Shown: one piece after another, positions 29,310-32,000 of the stretch
Layout of the letters: every line of letters starts with the position of its first letter
Position numbering within the stretch: the stretch's first letter is position 1
Origin: Pseudomonas aeruginosa
GTDB taxonomy: Bacteria; Pseudomonadota; Gammaproteobacteria; Pseudomonadales; Pseudomonadaceae
Assembly (NCBI RefSeq): GCF_001457615.1
Contig: NZ_LN831024.1
Span: 4,590,001 to 4,622,000 of the forward strand
Length of the DNA stretch: 32,000 bases
Reading direction: 5' to 3'
Translations under genes and position numbers: made by a program
The notes under the pieces: model-generated
What the model was told of the DNA's origin: nothing
Databases searched by the model: none
What the model saw: only the letters and a program-made list of their open reading frames with translations

Positions 29310-29645
29310 ATGTCACTACAGTCTGAAATGCTCGTGGAGCAGAAAGTTTCCAACGCCCAGAAATCCACCGGCACCGCCTATCTTCTGTGGTTCTTCCTGG
29401 GCGGTTTCGGCGCACACCGCTTCTACCTGGGGAAAACCGGCACGGCGGTTACCCAACTGATCATCACGCTGATCGGTTGTTTCACCCTGTTCCCCCTGAT
29501 CATTACCGGCATCTGGTGGATCGTCGATGCCTTCCTGATTCCCGGCATCATCCAGGGCCATACGGAGCAGACCCGCCGCGACGCCCGGCTGGAAGTTGCA
29601 GCGCTGCAGGTAGCCGGCGCTTCCGCGTCGCACCCTCAAGACTGA
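29310..29645 (+). CDS. TM2 domain membrane protein
   Basis: MSLQSEMLVEQKVSNAQKSTGTAYLLWFFLGGFGAHRFYLGKTGTAVTQLIITLIGCFTLFPLIITGIWWIVDAFLIPGII; the GxxGxHRFYLG and WWIVDAFLIP signatures are classical TM2. Confidence 0.93.
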   Translation: MSLQSEMLVEQKVSNAQKSTGTAYLLWFFLGGFGAHRFYLGKTGTAVTQLIITLIGCFTLFPLIITGIWWIVDAFLIPGIIQGHTEQTRRDARLEVAALQVAGASASHPQD

Positions 29646-29818
29646 CCGGCGCACCTCGCTACGGTCCTCGGCGGGCCGGAGAAGAAACCAATGCCGGGAG
29701 GTGGGACAAGGAGAAGTCCCCTTCTGCGTTTCTTCCGCTGGCGATAGGTGCCGACTCGTTCAATCCCGAATTGGCCGCCAGAGCGGCCAGCACATCTCAC
29801 TGATGCAAGGACCCGCAC

Positions 29819-30337
29819 ATGAGTGGAAAACCCGCCGCCCGCGTCACCGATCCAACGACCTGCCCAGTGCCAGGGCATGGCAGCAACCCCATCGTCCAGG
29901 GCTCTCCCGACGTCGTTTTCGACGGCCTGCCGGCAGCACGGCAAGGCGACGCCTCAGCCTGCGGAAGCCCGATGATCTCAGCCGTTTCGTCGACGGTACT
30001 CATCAACGGCCTGCCGGCGGTGACGCTGGGTAGTATCGGGGCGCACGGCAACGTGGTGATCGGCGGCTCGGGGACGGTACTCATCGGCGACGTCTTCACG
30101 CCCGCCCCGCGCGCTCCCGCCCTTCCCCTTAACCGCAACAGCGTGCCCTGTTCCGGGCGCTTCCAGCTCATCGACCACGAAACGGGCAAGCCCGTCGCCG
30201 GACGCCGGGTCAGGGTCTGGTCGAGTGGCGGCTGGAATGCGTTCGACACCACGGATGCCGACGGCATGACCTCCTGGATCGAGCGCCCCACCGCGGAGAC
30301 CCTCTACATCGACCTGGTGCAGAGGGGCGACGCATGA
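29819..30337 (+). CDS. PAAR-repeat T6SS spike-tip protein with C-terminal extension
   Basis: MSGKPAARVTDPTTCPVPGHGSNPIVQGSPDVVFDGLPAARQGDASACG...VLINGLPAVTLGSIGAHGNVVIGGSGTVLIG PAAR motifs, then a TTR-like extension RFQLIDHETGKPVAGRRVRVWSSGGWNAFDTTDADGMTSWIE. Confidence 0.95.
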   Translation: MSGKPAARVTDPTTCPVPGHGSNPIVQGSPDVVFDGLPAARQGDASACGSPMISAVSSTVLINGLPAVTLGSIGAHGNVVIGGSGTVLIGDVFTPAPRAPALPLNRNSVPCSGRFQLIDHETGKPVAGRRVRVWSSGGWNAFDTTDADGMTSWIERPTAETLYIDLVQRGDA

Positions 30338-31035
30338 GCGACCAGCCCAGCCTGTCCCGGGGAGGCATGAGCCCCGAAGGCAGGACCAACCCCGTCGGCA
30401 CTCTGGAATCCAGGCTCGATCCGCAGGACAAGAAGGTGCTGTGCTCGGCGGTCTGCCATTGCAGCAGCACGCCCAACCTCAGCCAGGATGGCAAAAGCCT
30501 CAAGCAGGCGTGCGTGGCACAGCGGCTGGGAGAGTTGGACGAAGTTCTCCAGGGACGCAGCCCCTACAAGCCCGAGGTCAGCTACGACATGACCAAGAAC
30601 CCACCGCAGCCGATTCTCTATAGCCAGACCGGTAACAGTCCACATGGCTGGATACCGGGATGGATCAGCAAGTATTGGGATGAAGATCCGGAGCATCCGC
30701 CGTTCAAGCCAGGGAAAGGAATGATTCGCAGGCCCGACGTGATCATCGTTCAGAATCCCAACAGGCCGCCAACCCAGGACAATATCAAACAGGTGGTGGA
30801 GATGAAGTTTCCGCCTGACCCACATAATAGGGAACAACTTGAGGATTATGCAGCGATTGCCGGCAACAAGAACAAGATTGTTGAAATGAAGCCCTCCGAC
30901 TGCGACTGTGGCCAGGAAAATCAACGATCCAAGGTGCCAGTAGAGCAAGTAGGGTGGGCCGCCGCCATCGCAGGTGGGGTGATGTTCGTCTTGACCCGAG
31001 GCCGTTCCCCTCGCCCGATGATTCCCGCCTGTTGA
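30334..31035 (+). CDS. Putative T6SS cargo effector, VRR-NUC-like nuclease
   Basis: Overlaps the PAAR gene by ATGA. Contains IRRPDVIIVQNPNRPPTQDNIKQVVEMKFPPDPHNREQLEDYAAIAG (PD-(D/E)xK, VRR-NUC-like D...ExK core) with many Cys residues and a hydrophobic C-terminal segment VGWAAAIAGGVMFVL. Confidence 0.8.
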   Translation: MSDQPSLSRGGMSPEGRTNPVGTLESRLDPQDKKVLCSAVCHCSSTPNLSQDGKSLKQACVAQRLGELDEVLQGRSPYKPEVSYDMTKNPPQPILYSQTGNSPHGWIPGWISKYWDEDPEHPPFKPGKGMIRRPDVIIVQNPNRPPTQDNIKQVVEMKFPPDPHNREQLEDYAAIAGNKNKIVEMKPSDCDCGQENQRSKVPVEQVGWAAAIAGGVMFVLTRGRSPRPMIPAC

Positions 31036-31051
31036 TCAAGAGGAAAAGCCC

Positions 31052-32000
31052 ATGGAACAGCCATTCGATCTGGCCGCAGAGTTAGCCAAGCAACCCCATC
31101 TGCTGGAAATAGCCGGCAACCTGTTGATGAAGGGCGGCCCCGAAGACTATATCGGTGCAGTGCTTTGCCTACGCGGCACTCTCTACTTCAAAGAGGCCCA
31201 TACCCCTCTGGTACGAGAGTCATTATGCCAATGCTTCGATGAGTTCAAGCGCCTGGCAGAGCCCCACCTCACCCGGCTCTGGCGTGAAGAGCCTGCACAA
31301 GGAAAGCCACTGACCGCATACCGTGACACCCAACCACTGCGCGAGATGATGGGGGCAATGGATGAAGACGATCATCTCAGCTTCTGCTACACCAGCGGCA
31401 AGAAATCCCGCGATGCAGGCGCCTGGCTGTTTGATATTTACGGCAAGCGGAGCTGGCAAGCCAAAATGGGGCATGATCTTAGTGTTCTGGAGTTCTCCGT
31501 ACCTCTGCTATATCAAGAGCAGCAGCCATTGGATTTCCTACAGCTATTTATCGACTTCGCACGTCGACTAGAGCCTGAGCAGGGGTATGCGGGGCATGCC
31601 TACAATCTCTCGCCGACCAGTTGGGACAATGACGAGCCCTCCGAAGCCTTTATGGCGGCGCGTATGCCGGGTTTGGATGTAGGGACGGCTTGTCTGTTGG
31701 CCAATACTCCCGAGTTCAAACCTACAAGAATCAAAACTGTCAGTTGGCTAACCCTCCTGAACAACGAGCGCCTGGCGCTGGCCGGCGGGCTCGATGCCCT
31801 GCGTGCGCAACTGCCCTCCAGCCACTTTGCCTTCTACCGCTACGGCGATGGCGTGGTAATCCAGGCCGGTGCCTATCCCTATATCGCGGGTGATGCGGAA
31901 GACTCCAGGCCCGCTCCGTATGTGCTGCTGAACCACGCGCTCAAAGGCATTCGCTATGAAACCATCGGCTCGCTACACGGCGGCTCACATGACGGCGAAT
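31052..32000 (+). CDS. Candidate cognate immunity protein, DUF3396/type VI immunity family, partial
   Basis: Absent from the ORF track because it runs off the window. ATG at 31052 with RBS AGGAAA, open to 32000: MEQPFDLAAELAKQPHLLEIAGNLLMKGGPEDYIGAVLCLRGTLYFKEAHTPLVRESLCQCFDEFKRLAEPHLTRLWREE... ...GYAGHAYNLSPTSWDNDEPSEAFMAARMPGLDV... Confidence 0.75.
   Translation, partial: MEQPFDLAAELAKQPHLLEIAGNLLMKGGPEDYIGAVLCLRGTLYFKEAHTPLVRESLCQCFDEFKRLAEPHLTRLWREEPAQGKPLTAYRDTQPLREMMGAMDEDDHLSFCYTSGKKSRDAGAWLFDIYGKRSWQAKMGHDLSVLEFSVPLLYQEQQPLDFLQLFIDFARRLEPEQGYAGHAYNLSPTSWDNDEPSEAFMAARMPGLDVGTACLLANTPEFKPTRIKTVSWLTLLNNERLALAGGLDALRAQLPSSHFAFYRYGDGVVIQAGAYPYIAGDAEDSRPAPYVLLNHALKGIRYETIGSLHGGSHDGE

Overview
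The window reads as a high-GC Pseudomonas aeruginosa-type chromosomal segment. This rests on the CerN/PlcH/PlcR, OruR and AckA/Pta gene content and an ssrA tmRNA with tag ANDDNYALAA. Positions 1-27550 are mostly core genome: MAPEG protein, trxB, AhpC/Prx-type peroxiredoxin, CHASE4-PAS-GGDEF cyclase, cysZ, cerN ceramidase, plcH/plcR, GT4 glycosyltransferase, DegV, TetR plus old-yellow-enzyme, glutathione peroxidase, slyD, DUF3565, ackA-pta, acyltransferase, OmpA lipoprotein, MBL-fold hydrolase, oruR, two hydrolases, TetR and a secreted hypothetical. The tmRNA (27604-27956) marks a transition to a more accessory region. That region holds an orphan hypothetical gene, a TM2 protein, and a compact T6SS cargo module (PAAR protein with C-terminal extension, VRR-NUC-like nuclease candidate, DUF3396-like candidate immunity protein running off the window). 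The strongest direct sequence anomaly is a net 1-nt deletion frameshift in plcH at a C-run near 8599-8602. It splits the gene just after the catalytic-threonine region. I did not find a convincing, wholly undescribed multi-gene system. The PAAR/VRR-NUC module resembles, to my recollection, the P. aeruginosa 'PAAR2 cluster' already discussed in the literature. The least explained gene is the 212-aa orphan at 28429-29067.
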